From: a virus
IMG/VR virus record: IMGVR_UViG_3300042373_001362
Coordinates: 64,001-128,000 of that record
Length of the DNA stretch: 64,000 nucleotides
Reading direction: 5' to 3' (one strand)
In this document: positions 27,863 through 37,589 of the stretch, piece by piece
How positions within the stretch are numbered: position 1 is the stretch's first letter
How the letters are laid out: each line of letters starts with the position of its first letter
Program-made: the position numbers and the translations under genes
Notes under the pieces: model-generated
The model's database searches: none
Told to the model about the DNA's origin: nothing
The model's input: the letters and a program-made list of their open reading frames with translations, nothing else

Positions 27863-28243
27863 ATGGCAACACAAAAGAAAAAGACAACAGCAAAGAAGGC
27901 CCCTGCAAAGAAGGCCGCCCCTAAGAAGAGCACGGCAAAAAAGGCCCCCGCTAAAAAGGCTCCTGCAAAGAAGAGCCCTGCGAAAAAAGCCCCTGCCCCC
28001 AAAACACCTTCTGTTGTCAATGTTACGAGCACAACAACAACCTCCGGTACGCCCGACTTTAAGGTGTCGTTTCAGACTGCACCAATTCATGAGGCGATTG
28101 ACAAGACTGTCGAAAATGCAACAGTCGTAATTAACGACATTGTGGACAGCGTTGAAGAAATGGTGTCTACCCTTGACTCAGCACTTCCGGAGAGCATTAA
28201 GAAGACATCGTTCTTCAAGAGGATTTTCCGTCGTAAGAAGTAG
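27863..28243 (+). CDS. Histone H1-like / PAKK-repeat basic DNA-binding protein
   Basis: KKAPAKK repeats, as in actinobacterial HupB tails. Confidence 0.65.
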   Translation: MATQKKKTTAKKAPAKKAAPKKSTAKKAPAKKAPAKKSPAKKAPAPKTPSVVNVTSTTTTSGTPDFKVSFQTAPIHEAIDKTVENATVVINDIVDSVEEMVSTLDSALPESIKKTSFFKRIFRRKK

Positions 28244-28249
28244 TCATAA

Positions 28250-28657
28250 ATGACTACAGAACACCGCAAGGCCCCAAGAAAAAAAATCATATCTGTAACC
28301 AGAGTTGGTGAATGGGGCAATGTTCGCTATGACCACCTTCTTTCCTGTGGACACATAGAGTCGAGACCAAGAGAAGCTGACACCAAAACGAATACCCTCG
28401 CTTGTGCATGGTGTTTTAAGTCGGTGAATATGGGTAGGGAACTTATGAAGCTCGGTTCATCGACAGTTCTCTATGAAGAGGACTCTTCAAGTTCGGAATC
28501 TCGAATAAACAGCATCAAGGCTTCTATCGCCGCAAAGTTCAATGTTCCACTCGATTCTGTTGATGTAGTTTCAACTGTGGATAACGCTGAATTGAAAATT
28601 CAGTACGCAACGGTATTTCTTTCTTCTATTGACGTTGGTAGGATTACAAACACCTAG
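28250..28657 (+). CDS. Hypothetical protein (LSCGH...CAWC zinc motif)
   Basis: 135 aa, in an operon. Confidence 0.6.
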   Translation: MTTEHRKAPRKKIISVTRVGEWGNVRYDHLLSCGHIESRPREADTKTNTLACAWCFKSVNMGRELMKLGSSTVLYEEDSSSSESRINSIKASIAAKFNVPLDSVDVVSTVDNAELKIQYATVFLSSIDVGRITNT

Positions 28658-28675
28658 CCACTAACGGAGGAATAA

Positions 28676-29035
28676 ATGGCCGACAAGTTCGATGAAGCCC
28701 CACGGGATGGAAACTGCAAAGGCCATGACACAAATATGTGGTTTCCCGTTTTTGGACCTTCGCCCACTAGGGAAGAACGAAAAACAAACGAGAGAAACAC
28801 TGCGCAGGCTTTAATTATCTGTGGTTCTTGCGCAAAGACTGAACACTGTCTAGAGTATTCGCTACGCCACGAGCCCTATGGGATTTGGGGTGGAAAAACA
28901 GAGTTACAGCGTGCAAAACTGAGAGCAATTAGAAGCATAAGGCTCTCGCGCGACGCAAGAATATTTTTTCCAGGGATAGGGACAAGGAATGCCAACGGAG
29001 ACTTCACCGGATGGCGTGAAATGGAAACAGAGTGA
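28676..29035 (+). CDS. whiB: WhiB-family Fe-S transcription factor
   Basis: C..HDT..WFP, A..IC.SC....CLEYSL..E.YGIWGG.TE..R. Confidence 0.9.
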   Translation: MADKFDEAPRDGNCKGHDTNMWFPVFGPSPTREERKTNERNTAQALIICGSCAKTEHCLEYSLRHEPYGIWGGKTELQRAKLRAIRSIRLSRDARIFFPGIGTRNANGDFTGWREMETE

Positions 29036-30798
29036 GTCAACCTAAATATCCACACACCCAAGAATTTCTATCTCGTCTTGTCGGTGTAAGAGACACATCT
29101 GCAGGATGGGAAGCCAGATGTCCATGCAGAGACGACGACAGAAATCCGTCTTTGTCGGTGGCAGAGGACGAAAATGGTACGGTCCTTGTTCACTGTCACA
29201 GAGGTAATGGGTGTGGCGTAGACAAAATATGTTCTTCCGTTGGGCTTAAACCAGCAGACCTCTATCCTGTCAAGATAGAAAAGAAAGAACGCCCACAAGA
29301 AAAGGAAAAGCTCACTCTTGTAAAAGAGTATGACTACCTTGACAAAGATGGGAACCTGCTGTTCCAGAAGCTACGGTACGTGAATCAGTGGGGAGTAAAA
29401 ACCTTTAGACAAAGAAAACCATTGCCAAATGGCGATTGGGCTTACTCGTTGGGCGACACTCCTAAAGTTTTATATAACTTGCCCTACATTGCGCAGGCAA
29501 TAGAAGCGAACGTACCAATCTGGTTGGTCGAGGGTGAAAAAGATGCAGACACACTCATGGATATGGGTATTGTCGCAACTACAGCTCCGGGTGGTGCTGG
29601 TAAATGGCTTGACATAAATACAGAATCACTCGCTGGCGCAACTGTTGAGATTGTTGCCGACAATGATTCAGTGGGTAAAGCCCACGCAATAATGGTTTGT
29701 GACCAGCTTAAAAAGGCTGGATGCACTGCAACCATATTCATAAGCCCTTTTGCAAAAGACGTAACAGACCATATAGAGGCTGGATACTCTCTTGATGAGC
29801 TTGAATACTTTGACCCATCTGACTTCATTGAAGAAGTAAAAGAGACAGATGAAGTAATCGAAAAAGAAAAAGACAAGGGTCAAGAAACTCTTGACAGGCT
29901 CTCAAAGATTCTCGGCAATGATGAGTTAAATACTCTTCAGAAGATAGTCAAGGCATCGACAATCATAAGTTCGTTTTCGCAGGATGAAGCACCAGACCCA
30001 GGTCGCCTTGTTGATTGGGAGACGTTCTTAGCAGAGACAGACGATGATACATACGAATGGATTATCCCTGGCCTTTTGGAAAAGAGCGAAAGAGTAATTG
30101 TTGTTGCAGCGGAAGGCGTTGGAAAGACAATGCTTGCTCGACAAATAGCAATTTGTTCAATGTGGGGAATTCACCCTTTCACATATCAACCAATGGACCA
30201 AGTCAGAACTCTGACAATCGACCTTGAGAACCCTGAAAGAATCATCAGGAGAACGTCCAGAGCAATCGGTAAGGCTGCGGAAAACAGGGCGAAGATGTAT
30301 CGAAAGGTAAGCTCGCCTACGGGCAGTCTCGTTGTCAAGCCAGACGGACTAGACTTACTAAAAGCGTCCGACAGGCTAATCATCGAGGAACATATCGAGA
30401 AGAAAAAGCCTCAGCTTGTAGTCATGGGTCCTCTGTACAAGGCTTTCGTAGACCCAGGTGGAAGAACTTCTGAATCCGTTGCTGTCGAAGTAGCAAAATA
30501 CCTTGACTACATCAGGACAACCTATGGTTGCGCTCTATGGCTTGAGCACCATGCACCGCTTGGTCAGAGTATGTCAACAAGAGACCTGCGTCCATTTGGT
30601 TCCGCAGTTTGGTCTAGGTGGCCAGAATTCGGCGTATCCCTACAGCCAGACTTTACCTCTACCGTTCCCTATGTGTACGATGTGAGACACTTTAGAGGCG
30701 CTCGCGATGAGCGCCATTGGCCTACGAAAATCAAGCGTGGCAAAGAATTCCCGTTTGAGGTGCTTGAATTTGCTAATGTTTCAGGAGAGCATCGATGA
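29032..30798 (+). CDS. Bifunctional DNA primase (Zn finger + TOPRIM) / AAA helicase
   Basis: ARCPC.DD..PSLSV..VHCH..C; LVEGEKDAD; IVADNDSVG; Walker A AAEGVGKT; IDLEN; EHH. Confidence 0.9.
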   Translation: MSQPKYPHTQEFLSRLVGVRDTSAGWEARCPCRDDDRNPSLSVAEDENGTVLVHCHRGNGCGVDKICSSVGLKPADLYPVKIEKKERPQEKEKLTLVKEYDYLDKDGNLLFQKLRYVNQWGVKTFRQRKPLPNGDWAYSLGDTPKVLYNLPYIAQAIEANVPIWLVEGEKDADTLMDMGIVATTAPGGAGKWLDINTESLAGATVEIVADNDSVGKAHAIMVCDQLKKAGCTATIFISPFAKDVTDHIEAGYSLDELEYFDPSDFIEEVKETDEVIEKEKDKGQETLDRLSKILGNDELNTLQKIVKASTIISSFSQDEAPDPGRLVDWETFLAETDDDTYEWIIPGLLEKSERVIVVAAEGVGKTMLARQIAICSMWGIHPFTYQPMDQVRTLTIDLENPERIIRRTSRAIGKAAENRAKMYRKVSSPTGSLVVKPDGLDLLKASDRLIIEEHIEKKKPQLVVMGPLYKAFVDPGGRTSESVAVEVAKYLDYIRTTYGCALWLEHHAPLGQSMSTRDLRPFGSAVWSRWPEFGVSLQPDFTSTVPYVYDVRHFRGARDERHWPTKIKRGKEFPFEVLEFANVSGEHR

Positions 30799-30811
30799 AT
30801 AGGCGCGCTAA

Positions 30812-31459
30812 ATGGCAGATGACAAAGGAAACAAGCCGGTAACCAGGGAGTTCCTGTCGGAAAGAGACGCCCGCATTTTTAAGATGCGTCAAGCTGGAAC
30901 GTCTATACAAGAAATAGCTAGAAGATTTGGCGTTAGTAGTGGTGTTGTCTCTAACGCAATTAAGCGACAACTAGAAAAGCTCAACAAAGAAGCAATGCTT
31001 GCTTACCCTGAGGTTCTCAGGATGGAGCTTGAGCGTTTGGACAACCTCCAGCAGGCGATATGGCCTATGACTCAACATCGCAAGGTCAGAATGGATGACG
31101 GCTCAGAGGTGTCTGTCGAGCCAGACATGAAAGCAATACAACAGGTACTGTCAATCATGGATAGACGCACAAAGCTATTGGGCATGGACCATGTCAATGT
31201 AAATGTGCAAATGGAAGCAAATATGTCCAATGCCGACCCGGTCAAGGTAACGCTTGCTGGAGCAATTACCAATCAAGAGACAGAGAAGTTTGACCCAGAG
31301 TCCGAAGCTAAGAAACTTCTTGAACTTATGGGAGCATCGGGAATATTACCCCCAGACATGATTAAGCAGCTTCTGGGTAACAGAGAAATAATTGATGCAG
31401 AAATAGTCGAAGAAGAAGAAGAGGAAATGACTCTCAGTATTGAGGAGTCAAAAGAATGA
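30812..31459 (+). CDS. HTH protein, terminase small subunit-like
   Basis: MRQAGTSIQEIARRFG HTH; ELERLD.LQ.AIW; AI..VL.IMDRR.KLLG.D. Confidence 0.6.
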   Translation: MADDKGNKPVTREFLSERDARIFKMRQAGTSIQEIARRFGVSSGVVSNAIKRQLEKLNKEAMLAYPEVLRMELERLDNLQQAIWPMTQHRKVRMDDGSEVSVEPDMKAIQQVLSIMDRRTKLLGMDHVNVNVQMEANMSNADPVKVTLAGAITNQETEKFDPESEAKKLLELMGASGILPPDMIKQLLGNREIIDAEIVEEEEEEMTLSIEESKE

Positions 31460-31773
31460 TGGAAAAGAACAAAAAAGCCAGAGAAGCAATTGACAAAGTC
31501 ATGGAAGAAAATAAAGACATATCTATTGCCAACCCTGCAACAGCAAATGGTGAAACTGTTGACAAACAGGTTCTTATTCGTGCATCAGAGGCAGACAGAG
31601 ACAGATGGAAACAGGCTGCAGAAAAAGCCGGAATAACACTTTCTGCATGGATACGAGATTCTTTAAATAAAAGCGCATCTGAAGCCCTGGATTGCCCACA
31701 CCCTCTCAACTTTAGAAGGTTTTACCCATGGGCAGAAATTTGCTTAGCTTGTCACACTAGGTTAAAAGGTTAG
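31456..31773 (+). CDS. Ribbon-helix-helix DNA-binding protein with C-terminal Zn knuckle
   Basis: VLIRAS..DRDRWKQAAEKAGITLSAWIR; CPH...CLAC. Confidence 0.65.
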   Translation: MMEKNKKAREAIDKVMEENKDISIANPATANGETVDKQVLIRASEADRDRWKQAAEKAGITLSAWIRDSLNKSASEALDCPHPLNFRRFYPWAEICLACHTRLKG

Positions 31774-31812
31774 TTTCCCTACCTAGCCCTGTATAAAAGT
31801 AGAATATCTTCT

Positions 31813-32904
31813 ATGGAAAATACACCAGAAGGCAATTCGGGGCGACGAAATAAATGGCCTGACCAGAAGAACTCGGAACGAATAGCTGGTGCCGGGAGGG
31901 TAAAAAGGAAATTCCTCTCTGACAGGGTTGCCCCAAAAAACAAATCTGAGTTTTCTGAGCGGACCCCCATAAAGGCTCTCCCGGTTGAAGAAACCCTAGA
32001 GCTTCCCAAAATGCCTGCGCCTGACCCCAAAAGACTTTTTTCCGAGATGCCTACAGAGCAGATAGTGGAAATGGTTACCCCAGCATCTGCTGAGCAGTAC
32101 TACGAAATGTGGAAAAGGTTTAACAATCTTGAAAACATGACCGACAAATCAGAAAAAAAATTTAAATCTGAGTTTGATAAGTGGATTGCCAAGCCAGAAA
32201 ATGCTGTTGACTTTTCTGACAAAACCGTTGCCAGAGTAAAAGAAATCTTCAAAAAAGTTATAGACGAGTCACCAAAATTTGTTTCCGCTATTCAGAAGTT
32301 CGGTTTCCCAATAATTGTTGCAAAAACAGAAAATGCTGAAAAAGAAATAGTAAAGCAAATGTCTGGGGCCAAAGATGAAGAAGCACGAGAAAACAGCGAA
32401 GTAGCTATCGTCTCGGATGCATTCACTACAAGTATTGCAATACTTCCTTCCGCTATTAAGTCGCTGTACCCAGACGGGGAAATGCTAGAAGAATCATCAC
32501 TCATAAGTAGAGCGTCTATGCCAAAGATGGGTGAACCACTAATCGACTCCTCAGTGAACGGTCAAGTGCGTCATGAATGGTCTCATTATCTTATTTCATC
32601 TACTCTCAATAACTCAGAGAGGCTTTCTGCTACTTCAAGAATGAAGGACAGAAATAATGCAAGACTTTTTGGTATTGCAGAAAAATACATGTCTGATTCG
32701 ACAATGATGCCTCTTTTGGATAAAGAATTCTCTGAGACAAAAACTATGCCTAGAACAATAACAAGATACGCACACTCAAATATGTTTGAGATGTTTGCTG
32801 AAGGGATAAATGCTTACTTGCACCCTGACACAAACTTCGAACGTTTTGTTATAAATTCTGTTCTTAGAAAAGACATACAGTCAGCTCTCGGTGAGGACGA
32901 ATAA
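31813..32904 (+). CDS. Zincin-like metallopeptidase
   Basis: HEWSH plus ITRYAHSNMFEMFAE. Confidence 0.65.
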   Translation: MENTPEGNSGRRNKWPDQKNSERIAGAGRVKRKFLSDRVAPKNKSEFSERTPIKALPVEETLELPKMPAPDPKRLFSEMPTEQIVEMVTPASAEQYYEMWKRFNNLENMTDKSEKKFKSEFDKWIAKPENAVDFSDKTVARVKEIFKKVIDESPKFVSAIQKFGFPIIVAKTENAEKEIVKQMSGAKDEEARENSEVAIVSDAFTTSIAILPSAIKSLYPDGEMLEESSLISRASMPKMGEPLIDSSVNGQVRHEWSHYLISSTLNNSERLSATSRMKDRNNARLFGIAEKYMSDSTMMPLLDKEFSETKTMPRTITRYAHSNMFEMFAEGINAYLHPDTNFERFVINSVLRKDIQSALGEDE

Positions 32905-32906
32905 AA

Positions 32907-33080
32907 ATGAGCGGATACGAAGACGAAGACGACATGCTTCTAGAGCAGTATCAGAGGTATGTTCTTTCCAATCCTGGAATACCGGAAGACTTTGATACTT
33001 GGGTTCAAAGCCAGGGAGAGACACACAGGCGTAAGCCTAAAAAACAGCGCCCTAGAAAATTCACGGACTACGGTGATTAA
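32907..33080 (+). CDS. Small hypothetical protein (57 aa)
   Basis: Translated by hand: MSGYEDEDDMLLEQYQRY...; it fills the gap between its neighbours. Confidence 0.5.
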   Translation: MSGYEDEDDMLLEQYQRYVLSNPGIPEDFDTWVQSQGETHRRKPKKQRPRKFTDYGD

Positions 33081-33081
33081 T

Positions 33082-33276
33082 ATGGCTTTGCCTTTTGATA
33101 CAAAAAATCCAGATTCTGCTCTTGCATCTATAAAGATATCTAACAGCATTTTCTTAAGTCAAAACAATGACTTAATGGATTTAGTTGTAGTTGCAGAACA
33201 CAATGATACGGTAAAAAAGAATCACCAAAAAGTCATTGAAGATTCGGCACAGATAGATTTAGAAGAAGAAGAATAA
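33082..33276 (+). CDS. Small hypothetical protein
   Basis: The ATG follows directly on the upstream stop. Confidence 0.45.
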   Translation: MALPFDTKNPDSALASIKISNSIFLSQNNDLMDLVVVAEHNDTVKKNHQKVIEDSAQIDLEEEE

Positions 33277-33480
33277 TTACTTCTTCATTACTGCTTTCAT
33301 CTCTTTTTCGAGAATCTCTGCATACTCGTCGGAATGACGATGCTGCAAAACAAGCAAAGCCCTGCGACGTGCTTCTTGACGCTTATTGGTCATCTCTTTG
33401 CGTAGCTCGCGTTCCTCATCGCTGAGGCGAGGGCGACCACGAACAAGTCCTTTATTTTTTAGTACATCGTACTCAGACAT
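33277..33480 (-). CDS. Small basic protein with an AT-hook-like RGRPR
   Basis: 67 aa with a strong SD (AGGAG). Confidence 0.65.
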   Translation of the reverse strand: MSEYDVLKNKGLVRGRPRLSDEERELRKEMTNKRQEARRRALLVLQHRHSDEYAEILEKEMKAVMKK

Positions 33481-33605
33481 AAAGTCTCCTTTTTTCTAGG
33501 TTGTTTTTAACCTATACACAAGCTGGTTACATTGCAACACCGGACGTCAAATATTTTCCGTTTTATTGTGGTGGCATTAATTCCCAAGGATGGTAGTGTC
33601 TGGGC

Positions 33606-33806
33606 GTGGAAGAAATAGACCGCTATCTTGCAGAGCTTTCAGAGCTCTATTCTTACGACAATTTCTTTAGGGTTTCAGTAGAAAGCGTCATAGACCGAAT
33701 TCTTGAAATCAGAACATCGCTTCCCAAGCCTCGCGAAATCATTATTGACGGTGACGAGCTATCTAAATACTTTAGAGGGGACAAAGGAGGGGCATCTGAT
33801 GACTAG
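33606..33806 (+). CDS. Hypothetical protein
   Basis: TAGTGT-N6-GTG leaderless start. Confidence 0.55.
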   Translation: MEEIDRYLAELSELYSYDNFFRVSVESVIDRILEIRTSLPKPREIIIDGDELSKYFRGDKGGASDD

Positions 33807-34263
33807 AAAAGAATATGACCTTCCACAAAGAACGTTCGACTTCAAGAAAGACCTTTCTTTTGGGCATCAGGGCGAGGACCTGGTTACTGGTTTTTTAGAT
33901 TCTCTTTCAGCCGGAAGTTTTGAGGTCAAAACTGACAGGTACCGAAATGGAAGAATGATTGTGGAAACCAACCAAAACCCCAAAGCCCTCCGTGACGAAA
34001 ACGGCGAACAGGTATGGGTTCCTAGTGGAATAAACGTTACTACCGCAAAATGGTGGGTTTACGTTTTTGCGCTTGACGGCTCGTTCGTGATGGTTGACAC
34101 CTCTCGACTGAGGCGCTATCTTCGTGCGAACAGAAATAAGTTCAATGAGTCAACAAAAAAATCTCTGGGCGGGGAAGACAACCCTGCTCGTGGGTTCTTG
34201 CTAATGGCCAACGATGTTCAAGATTTACTCATCAACCCTAAATACGATTCGGACACAGAATAA
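33799..34263 (+). CDS. PD-(D/E)xK-like nuclease-fold protein
   Basis: F.KDL.FG..GE, FEVKTDR, IVE, SGI.VT.A.WW. Confidence 0.6.
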   Translation: MTRKEYDLPQRTFDFKKDLSFGHQGEDLVTGFLDSLSAGSFEVKTDRYRNGRMIVETNQNPKALRDENGEQVWVPSGINVTTAKWWVYVFALDGSFVMVDTSRLRRYLRANRNKFNESTKKSLGGEDNPARGFLLMANDVQDLLINPKYDSDTE

Positions 34264-34619
34264 TGGAAATGCCAGACCTACCGCCTTCTGAAAAAAGAAG
34301 CGAAGAGCGTAAGCAGCTGAAATTTTGGATTGAACAGTGTCATCGTTTTGAACAGCGGATTCTTGAACTAAAAGAAGATATCGCAACCCTTGAATCACAA
34401 AAGCTGACTGCTGAGGCCTTGCTCCATCACTGGTTCCCGGAAGTAATGGCATCTAGGTCAGAGTCGTACTTTGCTGCTGGCTGGCTTGTAGACCTAGACA
34501 AGAAACTGCCAGAAATGGACCAAGACATCCACGATGCAGCAATGCTTCTCGGAGAAATTCCAACATACTGGAACAGAGACTCTGAACCAGAATCAGCAGA
34601 ACGCCGAATATATCCGTAA
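34263..34619 (+). CDS. Hypothetical protein
   Basis: 118 aa, translationally coupled. Confidence 0.6.
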   Translation: MEMPDLPPSEKRSEERKQLKFWIEQCHRFEQRILELKEDIATLESQKLTAEALLHHWFPEVMASRSESYFAAGWLVDLDKKLPEMDQDIHDAAMLLGEIPTYWNRDSEPESAERRIYP

Positions 34620-34625
34620 TCACTA

Positions 34626-34698
34626 GGGCTAGTAGCTCAGTGGTTAGAGCGCCATTCTTATAAAATGGTGGTCGCGGGTTCAATTCCCGTCTAGCCCA
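34626..34698 (+). tRNA. tRNA-Ile (anticodon UAU)
   Basis: Acceptor stem GGGCTAG/CTAGCCC, D arm AGCTCAGTGGTTAGAGC, anticodon arm CCATT-CT TAT AA-AATGG, T loop GGTTCAATTCC. No CCA encoded. Confidence 0.9.
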
Positions 34699-34716
34699 CT
34701 AGACAAAATAAAATGT

Positions 34717-35268
34717 ATGAGAAAAGACGAATCGCAACTACGTTTATCAGAAATGCCACAGCCGGTGTATTTGCGCTGGGCCAGAGAACCTGAGCGCAAT
34801 AGTTACGATACAAAAACTTTACTCGACTACGACGGCTATAGATATCTGCATACCTGGCAGGCAGGTTGTTGCGCCATGTGTGGCAATGATAAAGCAAGCA
34901 TGGTTCTTGACCATTGCCACGAGAGTGGACTAGCACGAGGATTTCTTTGCAGCCCGTGCAACACAAAAGAGGGAACTAGTTTCAACGACGTTGAGTGGGA
35001 AATCTACAGAAAGTTTCCACCAACTGTTTTGCTTGACTTGAAGTTTTACTACAACGACTTCGGCAGAGCTCCATACCCTGTGCAGGCCGAGATATCTAAA
35101 GAAAAAGTGGATACAAAGGTCAAGACCTGGGATAACGAATTTTGTTATCAGGTCGTAAAAGAATACTGCAACTACAAGTCGAGCCTTCATTGGATAAATT
35201 CATCCGATATGAGGGAATTAATTAGAAAATCGATAGCATACGTTAGAGAAGCAACTAGAAACGGATAA
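34717..35268 (+). CDS. Endonuclease VII domain protein
   Basis: Q.G.CAMCG....LDHCHESG..RG.LC..CN. Confidence 0.85.
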   Translation: MRKDESQLRLSEMPQPVYLRWAREPERNSYDTKTLLDYDGYRYLHTWQAGCCAMCGNDKASMVLDHCHESGLARGFLCSPCNTKEGTSFNDVEWEIYRKFPPTVLLDLKFYYNDFGRAPYPVQAEISKEKVDTKVKTWDNEFCYQVVKEYCNYKSSLHWINSSDMRELIRKSIAYVREATRNG

Positions 35269-35270
35269 AC

Positions 35271-35468
35271 ATGGAAAACACCGAAACAACAATCGATTTT
35301 ATCGACAACTGTGTAAAGTGCGACAAGTCACTGATTTCAGATGACGGAAAACGTATAGGTGGATTAATGAGAAGCGTCAAGCTTGGTAACGCAACAATTT
35401 ACGGCACCAAATGCTGGGAATGCGTAATGGCTCCCGATTCAGAAATTTGGAAAGAAGAACAGGACTAA
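35271..35468 (+). CDS. Small Zn-finger protein
   Basis: CVKC...CWEC. Confidence 0.55.
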   Translation: MENTETTIDFIDNCVKCDKSLISDDGKRIGGLMRSVKLGNATIYGTKCWECVMAPDSEIWKEEQD

Positions 35469-35478
35469 CATCCAATTC

Positions 35479-35555
35479 GGGCCCTTAGCTCAGTTGGTTA
35501 GAGCGCCGGACTCATAATCCGTTGGTCGTGGGTTCAAGTCCCACAGGGCCCACCA
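35479..35555 (+). tRNA. tRNA with CAU anticodon, probably Ile2 (lysidine type) rather than Met
   Basis: GGGCCCT/AGGGCCC-A-CCA; loop CT CAT AA; paired G1-C72, so not an initiator. The overall sequence resembles bacterial tRNA-Ile2. Confidence 0.85.
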
Positions 35556-35572
35556 TTTACACAAAGGAAAAA

Positions 35573-36217
35573 ATGCCAGAATTAAACGCAAACACACCAC
35601 CAGTGCATTGCTATGTGAGGGGTAACTTCCTAGCAAACCAAAAACATAGCCACGACCTGAAGTTCCCTGTTGTTATCTTCGGAGTTGCATCCATTACAGA
35701 CAGGGCACCAGTTTTCCACTTTCTGATGGAAGATGGCGGAGTTTGGTGGAGAGCTCCAATTAACGCTTTCTGTATGTATGAGGACAGCCCTGTTGTGGAC
35801 ATCCATGACCTAGTAATGTGGAACTGCTTCTCTCCGTACATCACTGTCACCACCTTTGAGCACATGCGTGGCAGGTCAATGACCTATGTGGACCGCCACA
35901 GAGAAGATGTAAACGGCAAGTACATGTTCACTCTCGACTGGCACCATCCGGACAACAACATCATTGACTCAAATTATTCAATAAATTCAGCGAACCACAA
36001 ATGCGGCCATGTAATTGAGCGAACAGACGGCAACTTTGCTATCCAGCCAAACAATCGCGTACATCTCTGGGACCCTTCACACACAACTAAGAAGGGCGTT
36101 CACCTGATTGACCGTGAGGTAAGCGACCACATCTGGGGCGTGGAAGACGGCTCTAAATGGCTGACCTCTGATGATTATGCCTATAACTACGATGTCCAGA
36201 ACATGGAAGAAAAGTAA
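35573..36217 (+). CDS. Conserved hypothetical phage protein (LNANTPP..CYVR; Y.FTLDW; GNFAIQPNNR)
   Basis: 214 aa with an SD. Confidence 0.7.
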   Translation: MPELNANTPPVHCYVRGNFLANQKHSHDLKFPVVIFGVASITDRAPVFHFLMEDGGVWWRAPINAFCMYEDSPVVDIHDLVMWNCFSPYITVTTFEHMRGRSMTYVDRHREDVNGKYMFTLDWHHPDNNIIDSNYSINSANHKCGHVIERTDGNFAIQPNNRVHLWDPSHTTKKGVHLIDREVSDHIWGVEDGSKWLTSDDYAYNYDVQNMEEK

Positions 36218-36223
36218 AAGACA

Positions 36224-36409
36224 ATGGATAAATTTATCTGCATTTCATACCCAAAATCATTGTTTGATGATGACCATGTTGACTACTGCGACATTGTAGA
36301 AATCCAGGACGACCGAACCGGCATCATTTGGGTTCGTGGTGTCGAAAAGGAAAAGGCAATGACTATCGCCAAGGCTCTCAATGACGCAAGCAACAACCCA
36401 AAGGGGTGA
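36224..36409 (+). CDS. Hypothetical protein
   Basis: 61 aa, in an operon. Confidence 0.5.
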   Translation: MDKFICISYPKSLFDDDHVDYCDIVEIQDDRTGIIWVRGVEKEKAMTIAKALNDASNNPKG

Positions 36410-36665
36410 AAATAGGCTCTCTATCGAGCCTGTCATGGCGATGTTCGCCGAAAAGGACCTCTGCGTCAACGACATAGGCGAGGTATGTGGGTTTTCTCGT
36501 AAGACCTACTATCGTCTAGTCCAAAATGGCGTCCCTTTAACCTGGGCCGAGAAGATAGCCCACAGCTTGGGCCTCCACCCAACGGAGATTTGGGGCAGTG
36601 CATACACCATGCTCTGTGCGGCCGAGGACGAATTCTGTGCCCAGGAATCGCCTTCCGCCAATTAA
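36381..36665 (+). CDS. HTH protein (XRE/Ner-like); start uncertain
   Basis: IGEVCGFSRKTYYR...AEKIAHSLGLHPTEIWG. Confidence 0.6.
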   Translation: MTQATTQRGENRLSIEPVMAMFAEKDLCVNDIGEVCGFSRKTYYRLVQNGVPLTWAEKIAHSLGLHPTEIWGSAYTMLCAAEDEFCAQESPSAN

Positions 36666-36853
36666 ACGCCCCACAGGGCTTCCCAGGCCCCAATCCGGGC
36701 CCCCACGCCCCCGCCCGACCGCAACTATCCGGCATCGTTAAGTTGTATTAAAGAATCCAGCGCGCAGCGCTCCGCGAAATTTTTTAGAAAAACCAACAAG
36801 ATGCAAAAAAGCCCGCTAAATTTATCCGAGAAGAACCGAGAAAGTTGAATATT

Positions 36854-37150
36854 ATGACCAACCCTCAACCGTATGTAGCAAAAAACGACGGAGCTACCAT
36901 GCGTCACCGTCAAATGAGCCTCCGTTTGGTTAAATTTATCCACGAATACCGTGAAGAGAATGGATTTCCCCCGTCAGTACGAGAAATCTGTGCAGAAATG
37001 GGCTATAACTCGACAAGCTCCGGCAAAACTCTTCTAGAAAACACGCAAAAGCGTGGATGGATTCAGGTCAACACGAAAATTCCACGAGGAATCAAGATTC
37101 TGGACGAAGGAATGGCCGTGTTGCTGCAAGAAATTCAGGAAACTGAATAA
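36854..37150 (+). CDS. LexA N-terminal DNA-binding-domain protein (no protease domain)
   Basis: FIHEY.EENGFPPSVREIC..MG..STS......L...GWI......RGI.IL. Confidence 0.85.
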   Translation: MTNPQPYVAKNDGATMRHRQMSLRLVKFIHEYREENGFPPSVREICAEMGYNSTSSGKTLLENTQKRGWIQVNTKIPRGIKILDEGMAVLLQEIQETE

Positions 37151-37237
37151 AAAACGCCCCTTTGGATAAATCTATCCGGACAGAATCTCACTTCCGTTAG
37201 ATTTTTAGGGGTACCAGCTCCTGTAAGGTACAGAATT

Positions 37238-37447
37238 ATGACACTACGTGACAATAACCAGTACATGAGAGAGATTGTCGAACGATTTGAGCGTTACGAC
37301 CACCCTAAAGCTCGTGCCTATGTGCAGTACTACAAAGAGAATGGCCATTTCCCGCCCGGAGTGTGGGATGACGTACAGATACTTGACATGCGATTCAACA
37401 TGCAGATTGCAATGGGTGAACGCCCTGAGGATATTGAAGAAGACTAG
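37238..37447 (+). CDS. Hypothetical protein
   Basis: 69 aa. Confidence 0.55.
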   Translation: MTLRDNNQYMREIVERFERYDHPKARAYVQYYKENGHFPPGVWDDVQILDMRFNMQIAMGERPEDIEED

Positions 37448-37589
37448 TCCTTCTGGGGAGTTTGGATAAATCTAGTGGAGATTTTGCGAACTCAAAAATT
37501 TGCGATTTTGACCCCCCCAGCCCGTGACGTCCCCCCGGAAGGTTTCACGGGGCTGCCTAGACCCCTTTCCCCGACCCCATACCCCACTA

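Noticed and set aside
35522-35572. ORF-track N-terminal extensions overlapping tRNAs (35522, 43457, 42699-42911)
   Set aside because: They overlap well-formed tRNA genes; for the first two, downstream ATGs with SD sequences are better starts.
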